A DNA stretch of 64,000 nt from Candidatus Moraniibacteriota bacterium (lineage in GTDB: Bacteria > Patescibacteriota > Minisyncoccia > Moranbacterales > GCA-2747515): positions 2,762 to 66,761 of the forward strand of contig JAXGYI010000002.1 of assembly GCA_040772365.1 (NCBI GenBank), given 5' to 3'. Below, piece by piece: positions 30,911 through 41,975 of the stretch. The translations under genes and the position numbers were made by a program. The notes below the pieces were generated by a model. That model made no database searches. It was not told the DNA's origin and saw nothing but the letters and a program-made list of their open reading frames with translations. Numbering within the stretch: the stretch's first letter is position 1; every line of letters starts with the position of its first letter.

Positions 30911-33010
30911 ATGAGCAGAAAAACCCCACTCCACCATTTGCGCAACATTGGTATTATCGCGCATATTGATGCAGGAAAAACAACGACAACCGAACGTATT
31001 CTCTTTTACACAGGCATTTCACATAAAATGGGCGAGACGCATGAGGGTGCCGCTGTGATGGATTGGATGGAGCAGGAACGTGAGCGTGGCATTACAATTA
31101 CATCAGCAGCAACAACGACGTTTTGGAGAGAGTATCAGGTCAATATCATTGATACACCAGGTCACGTGGACTTTACGGTAGAGGTGGAACGATCTATGCG
31201 CGTACTGGATGGTGGCGTGGTGGTGTTTGACGGGAAAGAGGGTGTGGAGCCACAATCGGAAACTGTCTGGCGCCAGGCAGATAAGTATAAAGTGCCACGC
31301 GTATGCTTTATTAATAAGATTGATAAAGAGGGGGCGGATTTTGAACGTGCACTTGCATCGATCCATGAACGCTTGACGCCGCACGCCGTTGCAGCGCAAA
31401 TGCCAGTTGGTGAATGCAGTGCATTTGAAGGTGTTATCGATCTTGTAACGATGAAGAAGGTCACTTTTGCGGGACAGATGGGTGAGCAGGTCGTCACGGA
31501 GGAGTGTCCAGAGGAATTGAAGGAAAAAGCACTTGCGTTACGGGAAAAACTTGTAGAAAAAGCTGCAGAGCAAGATGATGTTGTAATGGAAAAATATCTT
31601 GGCGGTGAGGACGTGACAGAGGAGGAACTAAAAGCGGCGATTCGTAAGGGTGTCATTAACACCACATTGATTCCTGTTTTTACTGGTACAGCACTACAAA
31701 ATAAGGGTGTGCAACTCGTTCTCGATGCTGTTGTGGATTACTTACCTGCACCAGATGAAATTCCAGCAATTATTGGAACAGACCCTAAGGATCCTGACAA
31801 GCAATTGGAACGCACTGTGTCCGATGAGGAGCCTTTTGCTGCCCTTGCGTTTAAGGTGGCGACAGATCCTTTTGTGGGGCAGCTAGTGTTTTTCCGTATC
31901 TATTCTGGTTCGCTGAAATCAGGGTCTTACGTGTACAATCCAACAAGTGAGAAAAAAGAGCGCATCGGGCGAATTTTACGCATGCACTCGAATAATCGTG
32001 AAGAGGTGGAGGAGTTACATGCAGGGGAGATTGGTGCCATTGTTGGTCTGAAGAACACCAAAACAGGTGATACACTCTGCGATCCTGCTAATCAAATTGT
32101 ATTGGAGTCCATTGAGTTTCCAGAACCCGTAATCAAAATTGCCGTTGAACCGAAAACCAAGGCAGATCAAGAAAGAATGGCAATTGCACTTGGAAAGCTA
32201 TCCGAAGAAGATCCGACATTTCGCGTCAATACCGATGAAGAAACCGGGCAAACCATTATTGCTGGTATGGGAGAGCTACATTTGGATATTATCGTTGATC
32301 GGATGCGTCGCGAGTTTAAGGTAGAGGCAAATATCGGGCAACCGCAGGTGTCCTATCGCGAGACGATTACACAGGAGGCGACGGGTGAAGGGAAGTTTAT
32401 CAAGCAATCTGGTGGACGTGGTCAGTACGGGCACTGCTGGGTGCGTGTTACGCCCCAAGAGGCCGGCACGGGGTTTGCATTTGTGGATGAGATTAAGGGG
32501 GGTGTGATTCCACAGGAATATATCAAGCCAATTCAGCAGGGCATCAAAGAGGCAATGGACAATGGCGTGATTGCGGGGTATCCGATGGTAGATGTTACTG
32601 TTACTGTGTATGACGGCAGTTATCATGATGTTGACTCTTCGGAGGCGGCGTTTAAAATTGCTGGATCGATGGCATTTAAAGCTGCTGTACGCAATGCACA
32701 GCCGATTCTCTTGGAGCCGATTATGGCAGTGCAGATCTTGACGCCGGAAAACTTCATGGGCGATGTTGTTGGAGATGTGAATGCTAAGCGTGGAGTCATT
32801 AAAGAAATGAACGATCGTGGTGAAGGTATGAGCGCGTTGAAGGAAATTAGCGCAGAGGTACCACTGGCATCCATGTTTGGCTATGCAACACAACTGCGAT
32901 CTATGTCACAGGGACGCGCAAACTATTCCATGGAATTTAGTCATTATGCACAAGTCCCCAATAATATTGCGCAGGAGATTATGGGTGACACGGAAAAGAA
33001 AGAGCGCTAA
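30911..33010 (+). CDS. fusA: Elongation factor G
   Basis: [39 protein letters not shown]. Confidence 0.98.
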   Translation: MSRKTPLHHLRNIGIIAHIDAGKTTTTERILFYTGISHKMGETHEGAAVMDWMEQERERGITITSAATTTFWREYQVNIIDTPGHVDFTVEVERSMRVLDGGVVVFDGKEGVEPQSETVWRQADKYKVPRVCFINKIDKEGADFERALASIHERLTPHAVAAQMPVGECSAFEGVIDLVTMKKVTFAGQMGEQVVTEECPEELKEKALALREKLVEKAAEQDDVVMEKYLGGEDVTEEELKAAIRKGVINTTLIPVFTGTALQNKGVQLVLDAVVDYLPAPDEIPAIIGTDPKDPDKQLERTVSDEEPFAALAFKVATDPFVGQLVFFRIYSGSLKSGSYVYNPTSEKKERIGRILRMHSNNREEVEELHAGEIGAIVGLKNTKTGDTLCDPANQIVLESIEFPEPVIKIAVEPKTKADQERMAIALGKLSEEDPTFRVNTDEETGQTIIAGMGELHLDIIVDRMRREFKVEANIGQPQVSYRETITQEATGEGKFIKQSGGRGQYGHCWVRVTPQEAGTGFAFVDEIKGGVIPQEYIKPIQQGIKEAMDNGVIAGYPMVDVTVTVYDGSYHDVDSSEAAFKIAGSMAFKAAVRNAQPILLEPIMAVQILTPENFMGDVVGDVNAKRGVIKEMNDRGEGMSALKEISAEVPLASMFGYATQLRSMSQGRANYSMEFSHYAQVPNNIAQEIMGDTEKKER

Positions 33011-33043
33011 TACCACATCTCTCACCTTGCACTATAGCAACAC

Positions 33044-33071
33044 AAAAAACAACCCATCACGGGTTGTTTTT
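33044..33071. terminator. Bidirectional terminator between fusA and csp
   Basis: AAAAACAACCC-ATCAC-GGGTTGTTTTT. Confidence 0.8.
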
Positions 33072-33116
33072 GCTGTACGGGGCAAACAAAGCGTTTGCAG
33101 TGTACACGTTGCGTCA

Positions 33117-33317
33117 TTACGCGCGCGCAACATCTGTAGCGCTCAGGCCTTTTGGACCTTCCGTTACCTCATATGTCACGTCGTCGCCTTCTTGAAGATC
33201 ATTGAAATCAACACCTTGCAATGCAGAAGCGTGGAAGAAAATATCCTTCTCACCTTCGCCCTGCGAGATGAAGCCAAAGCCTCGATCATTGAGACGAACG
33301 ATTTTGCCTTTGTTCAT
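33117..33317 (-). CDS. Cold-shock domain protein
   Basis: RGFGFI (RNP1), DIFFHAS (RNP2), EGPKG. Confidence 0.95.
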   Translation of the reverse strand: MNKGKIVRLNDRGFGFISQGEGEKDIFFHASALQGVDFNDLQEGDDVTYEVTEGPKGLSATDVARA

Positions 33318-33673
33318 CGTTGTGGCAAAATTAGTTTTTTAACATTTCAAATCCAAGAATCTGCGTGAAAACTTCGACGAATGGTCTCGTAACAGCTCTG
33401 GTTTGACTTCCCGCAGTATAGCATACTAAACATTTTTTGTCCACTATTGACAAAATAGATATTCTTTGATGCTGTGAAAAACCGTTTTTTAACAAAGATA
33501 TGAGACTTATGACTCGCACAAGTCTATGCTCATCTTCCAAAAAATGGTGAGTGATGCAAAGAAACAAGGGTGAATTGTGAATCTATGAACCTCTACGACG
33601 GACGTGTTATTATGCAGGTCCGTTTTTTTTATTGCCATTTTCTCTTTTTTGCGGTACAGTGAGGAGAGTGACA

Positions 33674-35167
33674 ATGATTTCATCATCTTTTATGACACAT
33701 GAAACTGTGCAGCCGCTGTCGGAATATGCGGAGCGACGGGAGAAGTTGCAGGCATTGCGGGCGCATGATATTGCCCCGTATCCGTCGGCAAGTGAGAAGG
33801 GGATGGCGATTGCCGCGGCGCTTGCGGATTTTGACGCTTTGGAAAAAGACGCAGTACCAGTGACACTGTGCGGGCGCATCCGTTCCAAGCGTACACATGG
33901 GAATTTGTCGTTTGCCGACGTAGAAGATGCTAGTGGGCGCATCCAGGTTGCGCTGTCAAAAAAGGATATACCCGACACGTATAAGACGTTTGTAAAATTG
34001 ATTGACGTTGGAGATTTTGTACAGATCAGCGGTGTGCTGTTTGTGACTAAGGCGGGGCAGCAAACTATCATGACGCATGAGTGGAAACTGCTTGCTAAGG
34101 CGCTACGTGCAATGCCTACAGAGCATTTCGGATTGAAAGACGAGGAGGCACGCTACCGTTTGCGGTATGTAGATATGGCACTCAATCCCGCAGTGCGTGC
34201 ACTTTTTGTACGACGGGCGAAGTTTTGGCAGGTGGTACGCACGTTTATGACGGCGCGCGGGTTTTTGGAGGTAGAGACGCCGACGTTAGAAGTTACGACC
34301 GGTGGTGCGGAGGCGCGTCCATTTGCTACGCATCACAATGATTTTGATCTAGATGTATATTTGCGTATCAGTATTGGCGAATTATGGCAGAAGCGACTCA
34401 TGGTGGCGGGGTTTGAAAAGGTATTTGAGATCGGTCGCGCATTTCGCAATGAGGGATCAAGCCCTAATCACCTGCAGGAGTTTACTAATATGGAATTCTA
34501 TTGGGCGTATGCGGACTATCGCGACGGCATGCGGTTGGCGCAGGAGCTGTATCGTCAGATCGCACAGGAAGTTTATAATACCACACGCTTTACGGCGCGC
34601 GGGCTAACTTTTGACCTTGCCGATGAGTGGCGTGAAATTGACTATGTGACGGAGATTGAAGATCAGACTGGTGTGAATGTGGTGACGGCGCCGGAGAAAG
34701 TGCTGCGCGCGGCATTGGATGAACGACATGTGGCGTTTGACGGTGACAGTCGCGAGCGCATGACAGATGCGTTATGGAAGTATTGTCGTAAAAATATCGC
34801 TGGCCCGGCATTTTTAGTGGGGCATCCAGTGCTGATGGCACCGCTTGCCAAGCGGATGGCGGACAATCCCGAAAAAGCGGAAAAATTTCAGATCATTTTA
34901 GGTGGGGCGGAAGTAGGGAACGGTTACAGCGAGCTCAATGATCCACTTGATCAACGTGCGCGGTTTGAGCAGCAGCAGGCGCTACTTGAAGCGGGTGATG
35001 AGGAGGCGATGATGGCAGATTGGGATTTCGTGGAAGCACTGGAGTACGGCATGCCACCAACATGCGGGTTCGGTGTGGGGGAGCGACTCTTTGCCTTTTT
35101 GGAAGACAAGCCGTTGCGCGAGGTGACCCTCTTTCCACTGATGAAGCCACGACAGGAGGATGTGTAA
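33674..35167 (+). CDS. lysS: Lysine--tRNA ligase (class II)
   Basis: RYRLRYVD, GGAEARPF, FRNEG, YGMPPTCGFGVG; start uncertain (33674 or 33692). Confidence 0.97.
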   Translation: MISSSFMTHETVQPLSEYAERREKLQALRAHDIAPYPSASEKGMAIAAALADFDALEKDAVPVTLCGRIRSKRTHGNLSFADVEDASGRIQVALSKKDIPDTYKTFVKLIDVGDFVQISGVLFVTKAGQQTIMTHEWKLLAKALRAMPTEHFGLKDEEARYRLRYVDMALNPAVRALFVRRAKFWQVVRTFMTARGFLEVETPTLEVTTGGAEARPFATHHNDFDLDVYLRISIGELWQKRLMVAGFEKVFEIGRAFRNEGSSPNHLQEFTNMEFYWAYADYRDGMRLAQELYRQIAQEVYNTTRFTARGLTFDLADEWREIDYVTEIEDQTGVNVVTAPEKVLRAALDERHVAFDGDSRERMTDALWKYCRKNIAGPAFLVGHPVLMAPLAKRMADNPEKAEKFQIILGGAEVGNGYSELNDPLDQRARFEQQQALLEAGDEEAMMADWDFVEALEYGMPPTCGFGVGERLFAFLEDKPLREVTLFPLMKPRQEDV

Positions 35168-35185
35168 GTGTAGAAATGCAGATCT

Positions 35186-35590
35186 ATGAAAAAAGTGATG
35201 GTATTTGGAACATTTGATGGGCTACATGCAGGACACTGTCATTTTTTTGAGCAGGCGCGTGAGCATGGAGACTGGCTGATTGCCGTCGTTGCACGCGATG
35301 AGACCGTTGCGCGTGTCAAGGGGCGATTGCCGCGACGCGATATTGCCGATCGGATCAGAGATGTTCTTGCATGTGGATTAGCCCATGATGTTGTAATGGG
35401 CAATCTCGATCAAGATAAAACGGCAATTATTTGCACATATACGCCAGATATTATTTTTTTGGGATATGATCAAATGGCATTTGTAGATGATGTATATGCA
35501 TTGCAAAAATCATCAGCGTGCAACTTTATGATTGTGTGGGGACAACCTTATAAACCGGATGTCTATAAGTCATCATTACTGAATGCATGA
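35186..35590 (+). CDS. Cytidylyltransferase-family nucleotidyltransferase (RibL-type FAD synthase-like)
   Basis: FGTFDGLHAGH, VVARD, LGYDQ, YKSS. Confidence 0.85.
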   Translation: MKKVMVFGTFDGLHAGHCHFFEQAREHGDWLIAVVARDETVARVKGRLPRRDIADRIRDVLACGLAHDVVMGNLDQDKTAIICTYTPDIIFLGYDQMAFVDDVYALQKSSACNFMIVWGQPYKPDVYKSSLLNA

Positions 35591-35642
35591 GGCTGCACAG
35601 AAACACCACATTATAATCTAACTGAATTACGTAGTATACGTT

Positions 35643-36611
35643 ATGATACTCGATGATGTTACAATTGATGCACGGGCAGGAAAGGGCGGCGATGGTGTTG
35701 TGCGCTTTGCCAAGGCGAAGTTTGATCAAGGTCCAACGGGCGGTAACGGCGGGCGTGGCGGCAATGTCATTTTACGTGGCGTGTCTGATCTTGGTGCCCT
35801 GCGACCTTTTCGGCAAAAAAAGAGTGTTGCGGCACACGATGGCGGGGATGGAGAGCAGAATACCAGAAGTGGCAAAGATGGTGCGGATGTTGTAGTGCCT
35901 GTGCCTGTGGGTACAGTTGCCACAGATCTGACGAATGACAAGGTTTATGATATTGTCTCTGTGGGGCAGGAGGTTGTTGTGGCGCGTGGAGGTAACGGTG
36001 GCTTTGGTAATCATCATTTTCGCTCCAGTCGTAATACGTCGCCAAAAATCGCCAAACCCGGGCAACCTGGTGAAGTAATTCGCCTGCGATTGGAACTGAA
36101 GATGATTGCCGATGTTGGTCTTGTGGGATACCCTAATGTGGGAAAATCCAATTTCCTTAATGCCGTCACCAATGCGCAGTCCAAGGTGGGGGACTATCAC
36201 TTCACGACACTGGAGCCACACCTCGGTGTATATTATGGTTTGATCTTAGCGGATATTCCAGGACTCATTGAAGGTGCGGCAGATGGTAAGGGATTGGGGC
36301 ATAAATTTTTGCGTCACATTGAGCGTACGCGTGTACTATTTCACTTTGTAGACGCATCCAGTACACGTCCCGTTACAGATTATCGTGCGATTCGTAAAGA
36401 GTTGCACAAATTTAACCCGAAGCTTACGGAAAAACCTGAGTGGATTATTGTGAGCCGTGCTGATAATGTCTCACAAAAAAGCGTGAATGCAACAGTGCGG
36501 AAATTACAAAAAATCAACCCGCAAACAATGGCACTTTCTGTGCTTGACGATACACTCCTGCACCAAATAAAAAAACTTCTTAATACAATCAATCATGAAC
36601 GATATCTCTAG
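35643..36611 (+). CDS. obgE: GTPase ObgE (no C-terminal extension)
   Basis: AGKGGDG, GGNGGRGG, ADVGLVGYPNVGKS, FTTLEP, DIPGLIEGA. Confidence 0.96.
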   Translation: MILDDVTIDARAGKGGDGVVRFAKAKFDQGPTGGNGGRGGNVILRGVSDLGALRPFRQKKSVAAHDGGDGEQNTRSGKDGADVVVPVPVGTVATDLTNDKVYDIVSVGQEVVVARGGNGGFGNHHFRSSRNTSPKIAKPGQPGEVIRLRLELKMIADVGLVGYPNVGKSNFLNAVTNAQSKVGDYHFTTLEPHLGVYYGLILADIPGLIEGAADGKGLGHKFLRHIERTRVLFHFVDASSTRPVTDYRAIRKELHKFNPKLTEKPEWIIVSRADNVSQKSVNATVRKLQKINPQTMALSVLDDTLLHQIKKLLNTINHERYL

Positions 36612-37725
36612 AACATTCTCATCACGCACAACGCTGCAACGCATAAAGAGCGTGACAATTGCAAGTGCCATAATTATTCTTTTTTGCGGAATGTGCGCAC
36701 ATGGTTTTTACGCCGTACAAACATGGCGAGCAGTGCGTGCACAAAAACAATCCGAGCGCGCTACTGCGGAAATTCTTGCCACGCTTCCTGCATGGCACAA
36801 GAAGGTGAGAACTGATCAAGTAACGCGCTTTGGGATTATTACAGATACCCATATTCATGCAATGCGTGTACAGCGTTCGGACCAGAGAAATGATGCTCCG
36901 CGCAAACTCAAGAGTGTTGACGCAGATGTTTTGCGGCGCTTTACAGCGCATGCACAAAAAGAGCAATTTTCTTTCCTAATGCACATGGGTGATGTGATTG
37001 AGGGCACGGGTGAGGAAAATGTCGCTGCGATGACAATGGTGGCGTTAGTTAAAGCGGCACTGGATAAGGCGCAGCTCCCCATTTATTGGTCCATCGGTAA
37101 TCATGACTTGCGTGCTGTGACAAAGGAGCAGTTTCGCGATATTGTTGATCAGCCGGCACTGAACTACGCATGGGATGACGGTGATTATCGTTTTATTGTA
37201 CTGGATCTCAATGAGGATAAAACTGTGGAGGAAATTTCGGAGGATGTCAATCATGGTTACCCTGTAGATGAGACATCGGAAGATGATCCTGCAGCGGATG
37301 ATGATCCAAATGAAGATGGCGATCTCCCACCTGGCACAATACGATGGTTACGGGAGCAGCTCTCAACAGAGAAGCGCGTTTTTATTTTCTGTCACTATCC
37401 CTTTGATACAAAAACGATTACGAGTGCGGATGGTGCTGCGAAAAGAAAAATGCCCTTTGCCGCACAGATGCGCGATCTCTTTCGGGAGTATCGTGTGGAT
37501 GGAGCATTTAGTGGGCACGTTGAGGCAAAGTCATATTTTCAAGATGCGCAAACGCGATACTATCTCTTTACAGGAACAAAGAAAAGTAAAACATATCCAC
37601 AAGGCTACTATGATGTGACGATTTCTGCTGGTGTGCCAGATGTGACAATGTACTACACAGATCCGGTCACAGGTGAATTACGCGTTGATGACTTTGGAGA
37701 TGGGGAGCATGATGTTCTCCAATAG
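36595..37725 (+). CDS. Membrane-anchored calcineurin-like metallophosphoesterase
   Basis: TDTH, GDVIE, GNHD, CHYP, SGH motifs; N-terminal TM. Confidence 0.88.
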   Translation: MNDISRTFSSRTTLQRIKSVTIASAIIILFCGMCAHGFYAVQTWRAVRAQKQSERATAEILATLPAWHKKVRTDQVTRFGIITDTHIHAMRVQRSDQRNDAPRKLKSVDADVLRRFTAHAQKEQFSFLMHMGDVIEGTGEENVAAMTMVALVKAALDKAQLPIYWSIGNHDLRAVTKEQFRDIVDQPALNYAWDDGDYRFIVLDLNEDKTVEEISEDVNHGYPVDETSEDDPAADDDPNEDGDLPPGTIRWLREQLSTEKRVFIFCHYPFDTKTITSADGAAKRKMPFAAQMRDLFREYRVDGAFSGHVEAKSYFQDAQTRYYLFTGTKKSKTYPQGYYDVTISAGVPDVTMYYTDPVTGELRVDDFGDGEHDVLQ

Positions 37726-37818
37726 CTGCGTAGGGTGTGAATCTTTGTGAAAATGCAGTACACTGAGTGCATAGCTAAACGTAATGTTTGACATATTATT
37801 TACTAGCGACGAAACCAT

Positions 37819-39150
37819 ATGCTTGATATCACATATATTCGCAATCATGCCGATGCTGTACAAAAAGCCGCAGAAGAGAAAAATATAAAACTTTCTGTTG
37901 CGGAACTTCTAGTGCGTGATGAAGCGCGTCTCGCACTTTTACGTGAAGTAGAGCAGCTGCACGCGCAGAAAAATGCCTTAAATGATCGCATTGCGCGTGC
38001 GTCCACGGAAGAGCGTGCAACTCTCATTGCTGAGGGCAAAACAATTAAGGAACGCATCGATCTTCTGCAGCCACAATTGCGTGCTGCAGATGCAGCATTT
38101 CACGCATTGATGGTGCTGGTGCCAACAGTGCCAGCAGATGATGTGCCGCGCGGCAAAGATGATCGTGACAATATTGTAGTTGATCAAAATGGTGAGAAGC
38201 CACAATTTGATTTCACGCCAAAAGATCACATTGCGATCGGTAAGGCACTGGATATTGTTGACTTTGATCGCGGAGTAAAGGTAGCTGGCTATCGTGGATA
38301 TTATGTGAAAGGTGATGGCGCTGCGTTGATGATGGCGTTGATGCTCTATGCGTTTCATAAAATTATCGCCAAGGGCTTTACGCCGATGATTCCGCCGACA
38401 CTAGTGAAGGAGTTTGCACTTTTTGGCAGTGGGTACTTCAAGGGCGCGTCGTATGACCCACAGGTAGACGAGATTTACCAAGTAGCGAATCGCGGTAAGG
38501 AGGTTGATGGTGCGGACACAAAGGAGCGGAAATTTTTGGTAGGTACAGCGGAACCGTCGCTGTTGGCATACCATGCCAATGAAATTATGGACGTAGATCA
38601 GTTGCCGCTAAAATTGTGTGGATTTAGTCAATGTTATCGTAGTGAAATCGGTAGCTATGGTAAGGACACGAAAGGAATGTACCGCGTGCATGAGTTTATG
38701 AAGATTGAACAAGTGGTGCTTGCACCGGCAGATGTGGATGCAAGTGAGATGCTGCAACAAGAAATGGTGGCGATTTCGGAGGGTATTCATGCAGAGCTGG
38801 GCTTGCCGTATCGCAAGCTGGCGATTTGCACAGGCGATATGGGAACGGGGAAGTATCGACAGTTTGATTTGGAGGCGTGGATGCCGGGACTCAATCGTTG
38901 GGGCGAGACGGGCAGTGCGTCAAACTTCTTGGATTGGCAATCGCGCCGTCTCAATGTGCGTTATAAGGATAAAGACGGCAAGAAGAAGTATGTTTATATG
39001 CTCAATAATACCGTTTTACCATCGCCGCGTCCCTTTATTGCGATTCTGGAAAACTTTCAGCAGTCTGACGGCAGTGTCATTATTCCGGAGGTCTTGCGCC
39101 CTTATATGCCCGGTGGGAAGAGTGTGCTTATTCCACCACAGCGTGCGTAG
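37819..39150 (+). CDS. serS: Serine--tRNA ligase
   Basis: MLDITYIR, GTAE, CYRSEIGS, GMYRVHEF, QSRRLNVRY. Confidence 0.97.
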   Translation: MLDITYIRNHADAVQKAAEEKNIKLSVAELLVRDEARLALLREVEQLHAQKNALNDRIARASTEERATLIAEGKTIKERIDLLQPQLRAADAAFHALMVLVPTVPADDVPRGKDDRDNIVVDQNGEKPQFDFTPKDHIAIGKALDIVDFDRGVKVAGYRGYYVKGDGAALMMALMLYAFHKIIAKGFTPMIPPTLVKEFALFGSGYFKGASYDPQVDEIYQVANRGKEVDGADTKERKFLVGTAEPSLLAYHANEIMDVDQLPLKLCGFSQCYRSEIGSYGKDTKGMYRVHEFMKIEQVVLAPADVDASEMLQQEMVAISEGIHAELGLPYRKLAICTGDMGTGKYRQFDLEAWMPGLNRWGETGSASNFLDWQSRRLNVRYKDKDGKKKYVYMLNNTVLPSPRPFIAILENFQQSDGSVIIPEVLRPYMPGGKSVLIPPQRA

Positions 39151-39188
39151 GGATAGAGTGCCGTAGCATCATCTTGGAGTACATTTTT

Positions 39189-39217
39189 TTGACAAAACTG
39201 CAAAAATAGTTTACACT
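39189..39217 (+). promoter_or_regulatory. Sigma70 promoter of the MMPL operon
   Basis: TTGACA-17 nt-TACACT. Confidence 0.65.
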
Positions 39218-39311
39218 GCCAGGCTATTCACATCATGTGAGATAGTGTTGTTTTTTGACAAGTAAAGAGGATATATTTCAATACATTGCAAAGGGCAAGG
39301 GGAGGTTGACG

Positions 39312-41915
39312 ATGTTCACAAAGCAAAAAGAAGCTCTAGAACGACACACTGTCGTCACACTTTTCTGCGTTGCGATTGTTGCGGCAGTTGCGACGTGGAG
39401 CAATATCTCCGTGACGGAGATTCGATCCATCCTGTTTCAACCATACCTGGACAAAAACCATCCAACGGTCCAGGCGATTCAAAAATCAACATCGCACGAT
39501 GTCATTAACTCCAATGATGTCTTTTATCGCATCACATTACATGAGTTGTCGGTGGAGGCGCTGACGGATGCGATGGAGTGTATTCATCGTGTGGAAATGG
39601 CATTTTCTGAGGCGAGAATTGCATTCAATAATGCATCTCTCACTACGATGACTGATTATTCTGCGGATCCGGTAGATTACTATCTCACACCGGAGGCTGT
39701 GGTGGAACAAGGTCCCGAAGCATGGGTGCAGTATGTGCAAAGTAAGACATTTCTGAACAATGTCTTTATTGCGCAGCTGCCTGACGGGCGTTACACACTC
39801 TTTGGCTCTATTATGCCAAAAGATCCCAACATCAAAGAGTTGCTACTCTATCAAACTGTTTGGGAGTTTGAACATGGACAGCCGTTCACATGGCATCAGA
39901 TGTATTTCGGTGATCTTGTGCAGTGGGTCAATCGGATTCCGCACGTAGAGCATTGGATCTTTGGTACCGGATGGACGGAGAGAGTGCTGCGCGCACTACA
40001 CGTACCACTATCACCAAACAAAGTAGAGATGAGTGCGTATGTGGAGATTGAATTCTTCGGCTGGTCATTGTGGCGCACGCTGATCAATATTTTGACGTTC
40101 TCATTTATCTTCAGCGTATTGATTTGCGGCTCTGTTTTGCCGGCACTTGTGATTCTCTCCTTTCTGGGGTCATGGCGACAAATGGCAGTTGCTGTGATCA
40201 ATAATGTCATTGTCCTATGGGTAATGCGTAGCCTCATCGGCTTTGCCGATGTTGCGTTGCAGTATTTTGGCATGTCAACAATTGGGAAGGTGGTAAGCGA
40301 TACTACAGGTATCCTCCTACCCTTTTCCATGCATGAGGAAACGTATACTGTTTTAGCATATGTTCCTATCATCATGCTCAATTACTCCTTCGCAATGCGC
40401 TCTCTACGACGATGGAACGTGCTGCACTACGCGCATCCAGATTTATCGCGTAGTGCACTATGGAGGATGGTACTACGCGATGCAACGTTGAAGTTGTCAA
40501 TTCGCTACGTGTGCATTGTTGCTTCCATGGACTTTTTCCTGTTCATGTTTTTGCAGCACATTGTGCACGCACGGTCTATGGCAACAGTGGCAATCCTTGT
40601 GATTGTCACAATGGTTGGTGTGGTGATGCCGTTTACTGTTCGTATGATTGCCGCATGGCATATGGTGATTGGCGGCATCGGTGTTCAGCCAAAAACATTG
40701 GAAACCGCATGGTGGGAGAGGGTCGTTGTGCGTTATGCGACGTGGCGTTTTGCGCCGCATTGTAGCGGAATGACGATCGTCACAATTGTCACCGTAGTAG
40801 TGACATTGTATCTCAACGGGTTTCTGAATGTTGATAGCAACCCAGGAGCATTTCTGCGCCGCGTGTCAATGGGAAAAACACTCATGACACTGGAGCAGCC
40901 CGGACAACCGGGGGGTGCAATCTATAAGGACTTCATAGGATTCCGTGGTGATGATTTGTCCGATCCATCGTTTGTGGCAGACATTGCCGCACATGTACGG
41001 CAATTGCGTCACGACCCCGCGGTGCGGGGTGTACTATCACCAACGGATTTTCTGGAAGAAGTTCTTGTCAAGGACTTCAGCGGAATCTGCGATTCGCTGG
41101 AAACATGTCTGCTGCCGCATAATCAAAAAAGGATTGCGGAAGTGACAGGCATCCCGTTTCGTGCAGTGCTTGCAGAGGAATGGGAACTGATTGCACACGA
41201 CCCACAAATGGCGCACACCATTGCGCTGAGTGACAACTCCATGATCATTAGTGTTACGGGAAAAACGTCACGCGCAAGTGATATGCGTGCAGTGTATGAT
41301 GCTATCATGCAATCTGGACAAGAATTACTTGCTGCAATGGTGGATCCACTTGCACTCTATATCATCGTTGATAATTCCATTATCAACGGTTATATCGCCA
41401 ATTATGTCGGGGCGCCGATAGGTGTTGCGCTGCTTGTTGGCGGCATGCTGCTGTGGCAAGCACGGCGTACACGTATGCGCGCTGATGTGCACATTGGTAT
41501 TGCAGGTTTTTTTGTGGCTATGCCATTCGTCGTTTCTACATCGATGACGATGTTCGTTATGATGATGGCAGATATCCCTATGGATATCTCAACAGCAGCA
41601 ATTGGGAATATTACAATTTCTGCTGCTGCAGATCTCCCGACGTTCGTCCTTTTGAAGTTTCGCGAACTTCTTGCGCACCATGAGCGCTTTGCACAGTGCA
41701 TGCGATCTGGTGAGATGGTGGACGAACTTGTTCAGGCACGTATTGACATTACTGTCAATGGCGCAACCTATGTACCACTGGCAATTCCGCAACTTGTAGT
41801 GTTTGATCCAATTCTTAAATTGGGTATTATGCTACTTGTTGCACTTGGTGCTTGTTATATTGGTACGGTGCTTTGCTTGCCGTTTTTACGGTGGGGTATC
41901 GTACGACGCAAATAA
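39312..41915 (+). CDS. Divergent RND/MMPL-family transporter
   Basis: Two repeats of TM + large loop + multi-TM block; VRGVLSPTDF, DIPMDISTAAIGNITISAAAD, FDPILKLG; SD GGGAGG. Confidence 0.72.
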   Translation: MFTKQKEALERHTVVTLFCVAIVAAVATWSNISVTEIRSILFQPYLDKNHPTVQAIQKSTSHDVINSNDVFYRITLHELSVEALTDAMECIHRVEMAFSEARIAFNNASLTTMTDYSADPVDYYLTPEAVVEQGPEAWVQYVQSKTFLNNVFIAQLPDGRYTLFGSIMPKDPNIKELLLYQTVWEFEHGQPFTWHQMYFGDLVQWVNRIPHVEHWIFGTGWTERVLRALHVPLSPNKVEMSAYVEIEFFGWSLWRTLINILTFSFIFSVLICGSVLPALVILSFLGSWRQMAVAVINNVIVLWVMRSLIGFADVALQYFGMSTIGKVVSDTTGILLPFSMHEETYTVLAYVPIIMLNYSFAMRSLRRWNVLHYAHPDLSRSALWRMVLRDATLKLSIRYVCIVASMDFFLFMFLQHIVHARSMATVAILVIVTMVGVVMPFTVRMIAAWHMVIGGIGVQPKTLETAWWERVVVRYATWRFAPHCSGMTIVTIVTVVVTLYLNGFLNVDSNPGAFLRRVSMGKTLMTLEQPGQPGGAIYKDFIGFRGDDLSDPSFVADIAAHVRQLRHDPAVRGVLSPTDFLEEVLVKDFSGICDSLETCLLPHNQKRIAEVTGIPFRAVLAEEWELIAHDPQMAHTIALSDNSMIISVTGKTSRASDMRAVYDAIMQSGQELLAAMVDPLALYIIVDNSIINGYIANYVGAPIGVALLVGGMLLWQARRTRMRADVHIGIAGFFVAMPFVVSTSMTMFVMMMADIPMDISTAAIGNITISAAADLPTFVLLKFRELLAHHERFAQCMRSGEMVDELVQARIDITVNGATYVPLAIPQLVVFDPILKLGIMLLVALGACYIGTVLCLPFLRWGIVRRK

Positions 41916-41975
41916 ATTATCAGCACGTCACACAAGGGGTGTGACGTGCTACCACTTATACACAAGGAGGGAAAA

